Shown here piece by piece: positions 39,749 through 47,855 of a DNA stretch of 64,000 nt (the first letter of the stretch is position 1; each line of letters starts with the position of its first letter). Both the position numbers and the translations under genes were made by a program. The DNA is from Candidatus Shapirobacteria bacterium (GTDB lineage: Bacteria; Patescibacteriota; Microgenomatia; UBA12405), in the NCBI GenBank assembly GCA_016188545.1, contig JACPHO010000001.1, positions 90,774 to 154,773 of the forward strand. Reading direction: 5' to 3'. A model generated the notes under the pieces. That model searched no databases and was not told the origin of the DNA. It was given only the letters and a program-made list of their open reading frames with translations.

Positions 39749-40360
39749 ATGGATAATCCACAGGTCACCTGTAGTATCGCCATGTCCCTCGATGGATTCA
39801 CTGCCGGCAAAAATCAAAGTTTTGAAAACCCCTTCGGAGACAATTTTGATCCTGATTTACTCCGTCGCTGGATGTTTCAGGAGCCGGAAAAGAATAATCA
39901 TAAAAAAGAAATCGACGCTATCCTCGACGCTGGTGCCTTCATCATGGGAAGTAATATGTTTGGGCCCGCCAATAGACGAGACTCTCCCGAGTGGAAAGGT
40001 TGGTGGGGCGAAGAACCACCATATCATGCACCTGTTTTTGTCCTAACCCACCAGCAACGTGACCCAATTGAAATGGCCGGAGGAACTACTTTCAACTTTA
40101 TAACCGAAGGTGTAGAGTCAGCTCTAATCCAGGCAAAAAAAGTCGCAGGAGATCGCAACATCTCAGTTGCCGGTGGTGCCAGCACTGTCAATCAATTTTT
40201 AGCCGCTGGACTAATTGATGAACTCTGGCTTCACATAGTTCCTGTAACAATTGGTATCGGTACCCGACTATTTGAAGGGGTACCTCCACTGTTGCTCGAA
40301 CCAATCGAAGTAGGTGGTACCAGTGTAGTGACTCACATCCGATACCGGATTTTAAAATAA
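39749..40360 (+). CDS. Dihydrofolate reductase/RibD C-terminal family protein
   Basis: AMSLDGF, IMGSNMF, PVFVLTH, AGGA..QFLAAGLIDEL. Confidence 0.88.
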   Translation: MDNPQVTCSIAMSLDGFTAGKNQSFENPFGDNFDPDLLRRWMFQEPEKNNHKKEIDAILDAGAFIMGSNMFGPANRRDSPEWKGWWGEEPPYHAPVFVLTHQQRDPIEMAGGTTFNFITEGVESALIQAKKVAGDRNISVAGGASTVNQFLAAGLIDELWLHIVPVTIGIGTRLFEGVPPLLLEPIEVGGTSVVTHIRYRILK

Positions 40361-40387
40361 TTATTTATTAATTAGGAGAAAAATATT

Positions 40388-40768
40388 ATGTCCAAATATG
40401 TCGATGGATTTGTTCTGGTAGTTCCCAATAATAAAGTAGAAGAGTACAAAAAAATGGCCCAAATCGGCCGTGATTCCTGGATGAAGCATGGTGCTCTTAG
40501 TTATTTTGAGTGTCGTGGTGACGATATGGTTCCCCAGGAAATGGGAGACCAAAAAACTCGTGCCTTCCCCGAAATGGTCGGAGCCAACTCTGGTGAAACA
40601 GTTTGGTTTTCATTTATTACGTTTAACTCCAAAGAACACCGCGACGAAGTTAACGCCAAGGTAATGGCCGAAATGGACGAACAGATGAAAGATATGAAAG
40701 ACATGGAAATGCCAGTCGAAATGAATCGCATGGCCTATGGTGGCTTCCAAGTCGAAGTCGAAGGATAA
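40388..40768 (+). CDS. DUF1428 (YbaA-like) protein
   Basis: YVDGFVLVVP, HGAL.Y.EC.GDD, HRDEVNAKVM, RMAYGGF. Confidence 0.9.
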   Translation: MSKYVDGFVLVVPNNKVEEYKKMAQIGRDSWMKHGALSYFECRGDDMVPQEMGDQKTRAFPEMVGANSGETVWFSFITFNSKEHRDEVNAKVMAEMDEQMKDMKDMEMPVEMNRMAYGGFQVEVEG

Positions 40769-40785
40769 AATCGAAAATAATCTTC

Positions 40786-41430
40786 TCAGTCAAAATAGTT
40801 TATACTTTCTTTGGCAAACTTATACTTTCCTTCCCCCGTTTCCACGATTACGTTGCTACTTAGCATCTTGCCTAGGGCTGCTTCAGCTTTCAGTTTTTTG
40901 TTTAAAATTATTTCGTATACCGCAACTATATCTTCCTTACTAAACGATTCCGGCAAAAACACTTTTGCCACATTGCTATATTCCAGCTTTGATTGCAACC
41001 GGGTTACAGCAAAAGCGATTATATCTTTGTGGTCAAACGCTGTTTCCGGCAGTTTCTCCACTTCTTGCCAATCAATTTCTACATAATTTCCGCTGGCATT
41101 TAGTTCAAAAGGCACTGTTTCTCGAACTAATAATAGGTAAGCAATCGACACCACTTGTCCTCTCGAGTCTCGGTTCGGATCTCCAAATGTATATAGTTGT
41201 TCCAAGTATCCCGACTTAATATTAGTCTTATCTTTAAGCACTCTAATTGCCGTTGATTCGGGCGATTCTTTCAGAGCCACTAGCCCTCCCGGCAAGCACC
41301 ATTTTCCACTGTAGTCCCCAGATTTAATTTTTAGCATCAATACCATCAATTTTCCGTTGGAAATTGTGAAAACTGTTGTATCAACTGCGACGGCTGGACC
41401 ATCAACGGTATGGTGTAGGTATTGTGTCAT
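40786..41430 (-). CDS. NrtR-like Nudix-domain transcriptional regulator
   Basis: VAVD, WCLPGG, degenerate Nudix box, YLEQLYTFGDPNRD, AFDH..I, C-terminal winged helix. Confidence 0.8.
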   Translation of the reverse strand: MTQYLHHTVDGPAVAVDTTVFTISNGKLMVLMLKIKSGDYSGKWCLPGGLVALKESPESTAIRVLKDKTNIKSGYLEQLYTFGDPNRDSRGQVVSIAYLLLVRETVPFELNASGNYVEIDWQEVEKLPETAFDHKDIIAFAVTRLQSKLEYSNVAKVFLPESFSKEDIVAVYEIILNKKLKAEAALGKMLSSNVIVETGEGKYKFAKESINYFD

Positions 41431-41484
41431 AAATCTTCTATAATAGCCTAATTCGAATTTATTAGATCAGCAACAAATCTTATC

Positions 41485-42600
41485 ATGGATGCCCAAAAAA
41501 TCACCAATCTAAGAGTCAAACTCATGAAGCTTGCCAAGAGTCTTCGGGTTTCTGTCATTCCCCCCGACGCCGATTTGGAAAAGCCCCAAGGTGTCCGCGA
41601 CGACACAGTTCTCTTTGAAGGCAAGTCCCTCCATCGTCGACGCATAGTTCTTCTGACTCCAAAATGCACTTCTGCCTCTTGTCTAATGTGTCCTCTTCCC
41701 AACGAAGCCCTCGACAACCGCACTATTACTCCAGAGCAAATCATCAAACAGTACGATAGTTGTTTTGGTCAACCCAACGACCACGAAATCGAAACCATTT
41801 CACTTTACACCAATGGAAATTTCTTCGCCGACAATGAGATCCCTGAAGTAGTCAAGGAGCATATCTACCGTCACATCAGCACTACCAATGCCAAATATGT
41901 TTTAGTCGAATCTTTGCCTCAATTTGTTAACGAACAAAAATTAGCGTTAGCCAAAAAATATCTCAAGGACAAAGTCCTAATTACTGCCATCGGCCTCCAA
42001 TCATCTTCAGACCTGGTTCGTCAAATCTCGGTCAATACTACCTGTACCCAGGAATCATTTGAGAAGGCTTATCATCTTTCTCGCAAGTTTGGATTTGATA
42101 TCCAAGCATTTTTAATGATCAAGCCTCCCTTTCTCACCGAAACTGAGGCCATCAACGACTGTGTCGACTCCATTGGTTATCTATACCAATTGGGTATCAA
42201 AAATCCCACTCTTTGCGCCTGTCGCGCCGCTCCCAATACCGTCCTTGATATTCTTCGACTAGATGGCAAGTATCATTCCCCTTGGTTATGGACTGTCGCT
42301 GAAGTTATGACAAGATCTGCCGAGAAATATCCCCAGTCTGTCCCAATGTTGGTTATTAATGAACTTTTATCCGAAAAAAATCTCGACTCCACTGTCTCTC
42401 ACAATTGCGACGAGTGTTCTGCCAGCGTTATCCAAGCCCTTGTTCGATTCAATGCCGACCGCAACGTCGCTGCCCTCAAAAGTGTCACCCACACTTGTTA
42501 TCAAAATTATTTACAAGAGCGAAAAACTGAAGACGAATTTGCCTCCACTCATTCCCTTGTCTGGCGTGTCGAAGACTTTCTCACTACTCACAGTCTCTAA
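41485..42600 (+). CDS. Radical SAM protein, RaSEA (archaeosine synthesis)/Elp3-like
   Basis: CTSASCLMC (Cx4Cx2C), YTNGNFF..EI, VESLP, IGLQSS, LMIKPPFLTE, PWLWT, HNCDEC. Confidence 0.8.
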   Translation: MDAQKITNLRVKLMKLAKSLRVSVIPPDADLEKPQGVRDDTVLFEGKSLHRRRIVLLTPKCTSASCLMCPLPNEALDNRTITPEQIIKQYDSCFGQPNDHEIETISLYTNGNFFADNEIPEVVKEHIYRHISTTNAKYVLVESLPQFVNEQKLALAKKYLKDKVLITAIGLQSSSDLVRQISVNTTCTQESFEKAYHLSRKFGFDIQAFLMIKPPFLTETEAINDCVDSIGYLYQLGIKNPTLCACRAAPNTVLDILRLDGKYHSPWLWTVAEVMTRSAEKYPQSVPMLVINELLSEKNLDSTVSHNCDECSASVIQALVRFNADRNVAALKSVTHTCYQNYLQERKTEDEFASTHSLVWRVEDFLTTHSL

Positions 42601-42657
42601 AACAAATTGCCAATAACTTATTATTTGCAATTTGTAATTTGAATTTTTACTCCCCAC

Positions 42658-42765
42658 GTCATTGCGAGGGGTTTATCCCCGCGGCAATCTCGTTGGAACC
42701 TCCACAGCCTTTCGTCCCAGTCTTATTTACGTTTTTACTTTTTACTTTTGATTTTTTACTTTTAC
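42658..42765. repeat. REP-like element with a heptamer tail
   Basis: GTCATTGCGAGGGGTTTATCCCCGCGGCAATCTCGTTGGAACCTCCACAGCC..CAGTCTTATTTACGTTTTTACTTTT; matches the 14653 copy. Confidence 0.75.
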
Positions 42766-42787
42766 GTATTTCGTTTTTTAATCGGTA

Positions 42788-44644
42788 TTACTTTCTCACC
42801 AATCTTTTCAAAAAATCCAAGTGCCACCGGCATATATCAACCAGTAGTGTCTCATCATCAAATTCCAAGTATTTCATTAATGTAACAAAAGAAGGCTCAC
42901 AGTCTTTTAACTTAATTTTTGCCCCCAAACTCTGATGGTAGGAAATATTTAGTTGCCATATTTGCAGTGAAAATTGCAGTTCCATCGATGGAGGCAAACT
43001 TCCTCGAGAAATCATCGAGACATACGGAAGCAAATACGGCGCTCTACACAATTCTCCGTTTGGTAAAGACACTACCAGACCCGACCCCCTAGTCCCCACC
43101 ATAAAGTCTCTCAAGTCATTTATGTCCACCAAGTCATCAGCCTCTAGTTTTAACTTTTCATGATACTTTTCCAAATACTTTTGCAAAAGTCCATTTTTCT
43201 CAATTATCTCTATCGTTGGTGGAGCCAGTTTCAGCAGTGTATTGACTGTAAATCCGGTAGCAATGTCATCATCCAGCAGTACATATTTCCCCGCCTCAAT
43301 TTTTGAAAACTGTTCCTCGATCGATGGGTTTCCTGGACGGTTAACCAAATGTTCCCACCGGCATTGTCCATCACTAATCCCAAAATGTCTCGAAAATCCC
43401 AGATTGTATTTACCTTCAGTGCAGGCATCCAGGTTAATTACCTCGTTCTCCTGGTTATATTTTTCAACAATTTCCTTTTGGGCACCTAGGTCAATCGGCT
43501 GCACTTTTACTTTCGATCTCTGATCAGGCAAACTGCAAGTCGAAAAACTGTTTTCCAGAAACTTGCTAAATTTATCCAAAAATTCAATATTGGCAATAGT
43601 CAGTTCGTATCTCGAGTTAATATTTTCCCAAATTTGGGTCGACCATTGATAGTCAACTCGAATAGCATACTTTTTTTCCTGTAGATCAAAGCTATGAACC
43701 GGGTGGTTGTACCATTTATCAAACAGCGGTTCAATTGCCGGCAAAGGTGGCTTTTGTTGGCTTCTAATTTCCGAGGACGAAATGCTTGGTTGGTCAAAAA
43801 AAGCATCGACAATTACAATCTCATTATTTGAGGTAATGTATGGGTCATGTTTAATTTTCAACATTCGATCCTCATGCGAAGGTCTTTTTACACAGACACA
43901 GCCCCCCTTGTTAATAAAGGTTCTGGCAAAAGCAGCGTTATCTCCCCCAAACACATAATAAATTTTCAAAGGAATTTCTGGCAAATGAAATTTCAAATAA
44001 TTCTCCAATCGACGCAAGACATCGGTAAAGTTAATTAGGTACTCGTTGTATCGGACTTCCCAATTGTCCACCATCAGCCAATCGCTATATGCCACCGCCT
44101 TTTCGCACAAATACAGACGGTGAGGTGCATCAAAAAAAGTTGTATCTTTGTATTTTTTAAAAACATAAGTATCGTGTGATGGCGAGATATACCCACCAAC
44201 TACAATTTTTCCCCTAGACTCCAGTTCTTTCTTGGCATTTTCCATCATCATCAAGTGCCCCTCGTGTATCGGACAAAACGCCCCAGTCGTCAGCAGTATT
44301 ATCGGTGGGTTAGTCGAAAAGTTAGCTCGAGTCTCCTCGGGCAAGTCTTTTATCTGGTTAATAATTTTGTGTACCGGTGTGGTCATCATTCTCGGGTCAC
44401 TTCGCAAATCAAGCAAGTCTTCCGGTTCAGACCCATCATCAAAAAATCCCGCCTCCTCAATTATCTTCGGGTCATGATATTTTCGCACCGCTCGTCCATA
44501 AAACGGATCACGCAGCATTTTCCAATACAATCTTAACTTGTCCTTGTCATATCTTTCACCTGAACGCAACTCAATATAGGCCTTGTCGAGAGACTCTATC
44601 GTAGCATCAGGTTTTAGTCCAAATATCTTCCACAGGTTAATCAT
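42788..44644 (-). CDS. Fusion of a J-domain-like N-terminus, an NMN/NaMN adenylyltransferase-like domain and a PRTase-like domain
   Basis: LWKIFGLKPDAT..KAY..L.DP; TTGAFCPIHEGH (HxGH), GGYISPSHDTYV, VFGGDN, ISSSEIR; YVLLDDDIATGFT (PRPP loop). Confidence 0.75.
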   Translation of the reverse strand: MINLWKIFGLKPDATIESLDKAYIELRSGERYDKDKLRLYWKMLRDPFYGRAVRKYHDPKIIEEAGFFDDGSEPEDLLDLRSDPRMMTTPVHKIINQIKDLPEETRANFSTNPPIILLTTGAFCPIHEGHLMMMENAKKELESRGKIVVGGYISPSHDTYVFKKYKDTTFFDAPHRLYLCEKAVAYSDWLMVDNWEVRYNEYLINFTDVLRRLENYLKFHLPEIPLKIYYVFGGDNAAFARTFINKGGCVCVKRPSHEDRMLKIKHDPYITSNNEIVIVDAFFDQPSISSSEIRSQQKPPLPAIEPLFDKWYNHPVHSFDLQEKKYAIRVDYQWSTQIWENINSRYELTIANIEFLDKFSKFLENSFSTCSLPDQRSKVKVQPIDLGAQKEIVEKYNQENEVINLDACTEGKYNLGFSRHFGISDGQCRWEHLVNRPGNPSIEEQFSKIEAGKYVLLDDDIATGFTVNTLLKLAPPTIEIIEKNGLLQKYLEKYHEKLKLEADDLVDINDLRDFMVGTRGSGLVVSLPNGELCRAPYLLPYVSMISRGSLPPSMELQFSLQIWQLNISYHQSLGAKIKLKDCEPSFVTLMKYLEFDDETLLVDICRWHLDFLKRLVRK

Positions 44645-44652
44645 TTAACAGT

Positions 44653-45612
44653 CTAGTACTTCCATCCACCTGGTACGAGTCGGGTATAAATATCTAAGTG
44701 GATTGCTGGCAGGCCCACTAAATATTTATGGGCGTTGTAGCTGTGTAGTTTTTCAAGACGAGCACTGAGTTCAGTAAATTGGTCAGCCGCTTCCTTGTCA
44801 AACCCTGCCACAATTTTTTGTTGTTCTTCAGTGGGCAAGCAAAGATAGTTTTCGTACAATTCCACAAAATCATAACTTGTGCCAAAAACTTCCTCGTCTG
44901 TCCGCGCATCAAACATATCACCCGTGGGAATGGCTTCCAACACTGACTGGGGGAGTTTTAGGGCATGGGCTAGGTCATACACTTCACTTTTGTGAATATC
45001 CGATATTATTTGGATATCGTTCATACCATCAGATGCCTTACCAAAAAATCCCAGATATGAACCCTCATCGCGGTTGGTTGTACCAATCAGTAGTGCCGGA
45101 TTGCCATGTTGGTTCAATAAACTAGTTAGATAATAAAATGCCGGTGTCCGAATTGTTGAGACCAGTTGTCCCGATGCCCAGTCATCTCCAGTCATTTCAG
45201 CCGCATTGTCCACAGTTTCTTTCATTAACAAATGAACCTTAGTAACATCAACCTCGACTGTCGTTAGTCCCATACTGCTGGCCACTTCTCGTCCCCGTGA
45301 CAGTGCTTTATCCTGATTAGTAGTTCCACTATCATATATTGGAACAAGTGCTGGAATGATTTTTTTAATGGGGGAGTCAGGCTGGGTCGATGCATAGTGA
45401 ATAATTCCCAGAGCCACCGCCGAATCCACGCCACCGCTTATACCAATAACTACCCCGGATAGCCCCGACTTTCTAAAGTACTCATTAAGCAATGCCGATT
45501 TTTTCTGAAGATAGCTTGTCGTATCAAAGCCCCGATCCACCCTAAATTTCTCCAAAAGAGCAATTAACTGAGGACTGGTCATTTGTTGTGCAGCTGGGTT
45601 GAATACTTTCAT
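44653..45612 (-). CDS. nadE: NH3-dependent NAD+ synthetase
   Basis: GISGGVDSAV (PP-loop), GTTNRDE..GFFGK.SDG, DIHKSEVY, PTGD..TDEE..YD. Confidence 0.88.
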   Translation of the reverse strand: MKVFNPAAQQMTSPQLIALLEKFRVDRGFDTTSYLQKKSALLNEYFRKSGLSGVVIGISGGVDSAVALGIIHYASTQPDSPIKKIIPALVPIYDSGTTNQDKALSRGREVASSMGLTTVEVDVTKVHLLMKETVDNAAEMTGDDWASGQLVSTIRTPAFYYLTSLLNQHGNPALLIGTTNRDEGSYLGFFGKASDGMNDIQIISDIHKSEVYDLAHALKLPQSVLEAIPTGDMFDARTDEEVFGTSYDFVELYENYLCLPTEEQQKIVAGFDKEAADQFTELSARLEKLHSYNAHKYLVGLPAIHLDIYTRLVPGGWKY

Positions 45613-45714
45613 ATATTTATACTTTATAAAACAAATTGAGTATATCAATAAGCCCTGAACTTTAGTATCAAGGGTACTGATATTTAAGTAGTTACACAGT
45701 ATATTATTAATAAT

Positions 45715-46032
45715 ATGGTTTCACTTGAATACTTACGTCAATTTAAAATTGGTCCATTCGCAATTTTTGACACGGTCATTTCATATCTTGGAGTCTTGAT
45801 TTTATCCCCTATATTAAGTTGGCTATTTTCAAAAATGCATCTCAAGATAACCACAGTTTCCTGGCTTTGGTTCACCCTACCAATATCCGTTTTGTTTCAC
45901 ATAGTTTTCCACCAATCCACCCCATTAATGAAAATACTCACCGACCCCAATCCACCCCAATTCTATATCGCCCTAGCCATTCTCCTTGTCATGGTCTATC
46001 TGGGCATTAAGAAGATAAAGTGGTTGGAATAA
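45715..46032 (+). CDS. Small membrane protein
   Basis: Three TM helices; LRQFKIGPFAIFD. Confidence 0.7.
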   Translation: MVSLEYLRQFKIGPFAIFDTVISYLGVLILSPILSWLFSKMHLKITTVSWLWFTLPISVLFHIVFHQSTPLMKILTDPNPPQFYIALAILLVMVYLGIKKIKWLE

Positions 46033-46036
46033 AGTA

Positions 46037-46711
46037 TCAAAGTTTGTAATCGGACACGATCTCATAGCTCGCGTAGGACAAAATTTTGTTATCCAAAATG
46101 CACATTTTTATTTCTGGCCAGCAGTTTGCCATTTTTTCAATCTCGCTTTTTGAACACCAACTTATATCACCAACCAATTTCATTTTCTCTTTTTCTTCTT
46201 TAGTCACCTCAACTTTATAAATCGCTTGTGCATCGTCAAACAACACTTCCTGGTTTGTAGTTTTGGTAGTCTTCATGTGAAGGCTGATAAACACAAATCT
46301 GTCTGTTCCGATTTTAATCGCCGTATTGTTTTCAAATAACCTAACGAGAGATTCTTCCATCTTTTCTCCAAATCTCGAGTCTCCGCTAGGCAAGTTATAA
46401 AAATTAATTTTGGCACTCGAGTGTCCTTTCACCAAAAAGTTCTCATTTCCATCAGTCACTACAAAGCCACAATAAAATAATTTTCTTTCCGGATAATCCA
46501 GGTCAGGCAACCCCAAAGCGTAAATTTCCTTCATCCCCTTGGCCGTTATTTTATAAATATCACCAGTCTTTTCGACTAGCTCGCTCTTGGTCAGCTGTTT
46601 TAAGTGAAAAACAATATTGTTCTCAAAATCATATCCGGAAGTAAGTCTCGAGTATCTTTGCCCATTCTGTTGGGTTAACCTGGCTAGTAATATTTTTTGG
46701 ATTTGATGCAT
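46037..46711 (-). CDS. ArsR-like HTH fused to a degenerate Nudix-like domain
   Basis: IQKILL..YSRL..FHLKQL..Y.IT.KG; YNLPSG..FGE. Confidence 0.65.
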   Translation of the reverse strand: MHQIQKILLARLTQQNGQRYSRLTSGYDFENNIVFHLKQLTKSELVEKTGDIYKITAKGMKEIYALGLPDLDYPERKLFYCGFVVTDGNENFLVKGHSSAKINFYNLPSGDSRFGEKMEESLVRLFENNTAIKIGTDRFVFISLHMKTTKTTNQEVLFDDAQAIYKVEVTKEEKEKMKLVGDISWCSKSEIEKMANCWPEIKMCILDNKILSYASYEIVSDYKL

Positions 46712-46786
46712 GGTTTAGTGTAGTTTACTACTCTAGAAGTCAACATTCTAAATTTGTACACTAGCTCGTTATAGGTTGTTACTACC

Positions 46787-47155
46787 ATGTTCAAAAAAAT
46801 GTTTGCCAATTGTTTGCTCGTCAAAGACTTCGACAAATCACTCTCATTTTACCGTGATACTCTAGGTCTGGAAATAAATTCAACTGATGGCAAGTTTGCC
46901 AATTTTATGGTGGATAATCTCGAACTGGCAATAATGGAGCGCTCTCAGGCCACAGAAATGTTGCCATCAAAACATATGAATACTGGTGGCAGTGTGTTGC
47001 TTTGTTTCCAAGTCGAAGACGTCGAAAAAACAACCGTCGATCTAAAATCAAAAGGAGTCATGTTTATCGTCGACCCCCAGGTCACTTCCTGGGGCCAAAC
47101 AGTTGCTTATTTCCAGGATCCCGATAGTAACATTTGGGAAATATCAAAACTATGA
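46787..47155 (+). CDS. VOC/glyoxalase family protein
   Basis: SLSFYRDTLGL, FQVEDV, WGQ..YFQDPDSNIWEI. Confidence 0.9.
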   Translation: MFKKMFANCLLVKDFDKSLSFYRDTLGLEINSTDGKFANFMVDNLELAIMERSQATEMLPSKHMNTGGSVLLCFQVEDVEKTTVDLKSKGVMFIVDPQVTSWGQTVAYFQDPDSNIWEISKL

Positions 47156-47793
47156 TCAAAGCCATTATCTTCGACTACGACGAAACTCTGACCAAAACAA
47201 TTGTCGCCAAAGCCCAAGCATATTCCGATTTTGCCCTAGCGGAATACAATCTTGTGTTAACGCAGGAAGAAGTCAAAAGTGCTTTTGGCAAACCTTACGA
47301 AGAGTTTATAAAAACACTTTTTGGAGGTGTTGAAGATGTTAATTTAATAATTTCAAAATATCAAAAATTTAGCGAAAGTTATCCACCGATTCCTTACGAA
47401 AATGCCGAGGATACCGTCAACCGACTGTTCTCCAAATACCTAGTCGGCATTGTCAGTGGCATTAGGCGCAAATCAATCCAAAGTGACTTGTCCAAATTAA
47501 ATTTTGACCAAAAATACTTTTTCCACATCCAATGCGGCGACGATACTATCGATTTAAAACCAAATCATAAAGTATTTTTGCCATTATTATCAAAACTAAA
47601 ACTGTGCCGCATCGATCCTCATGAAGTTGTCTATGTTGGCGATAGTCTCGGGGATTTTCAAGTCTCAACCGCTGTTGGTTTTCAGTTCATCGGTATCGCC
47701 GGACACACAGTTTCAACATCAGAGTTCAAAAAGTCCGGAGCAACCTACATAACCAACTTTAGTGAGTTGGAGTCAATACTAAGCAGTAAGTAG
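47152..47793 (+). CDS. HAD-family hydrolase
   Basis: IIFDYDETL, KP, YVGDSLGD; ATG overlaps the VOC stop. Confidence 0.85.
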   Translation: MIKAIIFDYDETLTKTIVAKAQAYSDFALAEYNLVLTQEEVKSAFGKPYEEFIKTLFGGVEDVNLIISKYQKFSESYPPIPYENAEDTVNRLFSKYLVGIVSGIRRKSIQSDLSKLNFDQKYFFHIQCGDDTIDLKPNHKVFLPLLSKLKLCRIDPHEVVYVGDSLGDFQVSTAVGFQFIGIAGHTVSTSEFKKSGATYITNFSELESILSSK

Positions 47794-47855
47794 GGGACAA
47801 CTGTCGTTTCTGCAGTGACCCCATTTTCGCCATATGTATATGAGAAAATATTTAT

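Noticed and set aside
23352-42600. Complete 7-deazaguanine modification system (folE plus RaSEA-like)
   Set aside because: The genes are about 17.5 kb apart, folE is interrupted, and queC/D/E and tgt/dpdA are absent from the window
45650-45714. NrtR operator upstream of nadE
   Set aside because: Only a weak imperfect palindrome (AGTATC..GGTACT); not convincing without comparative data
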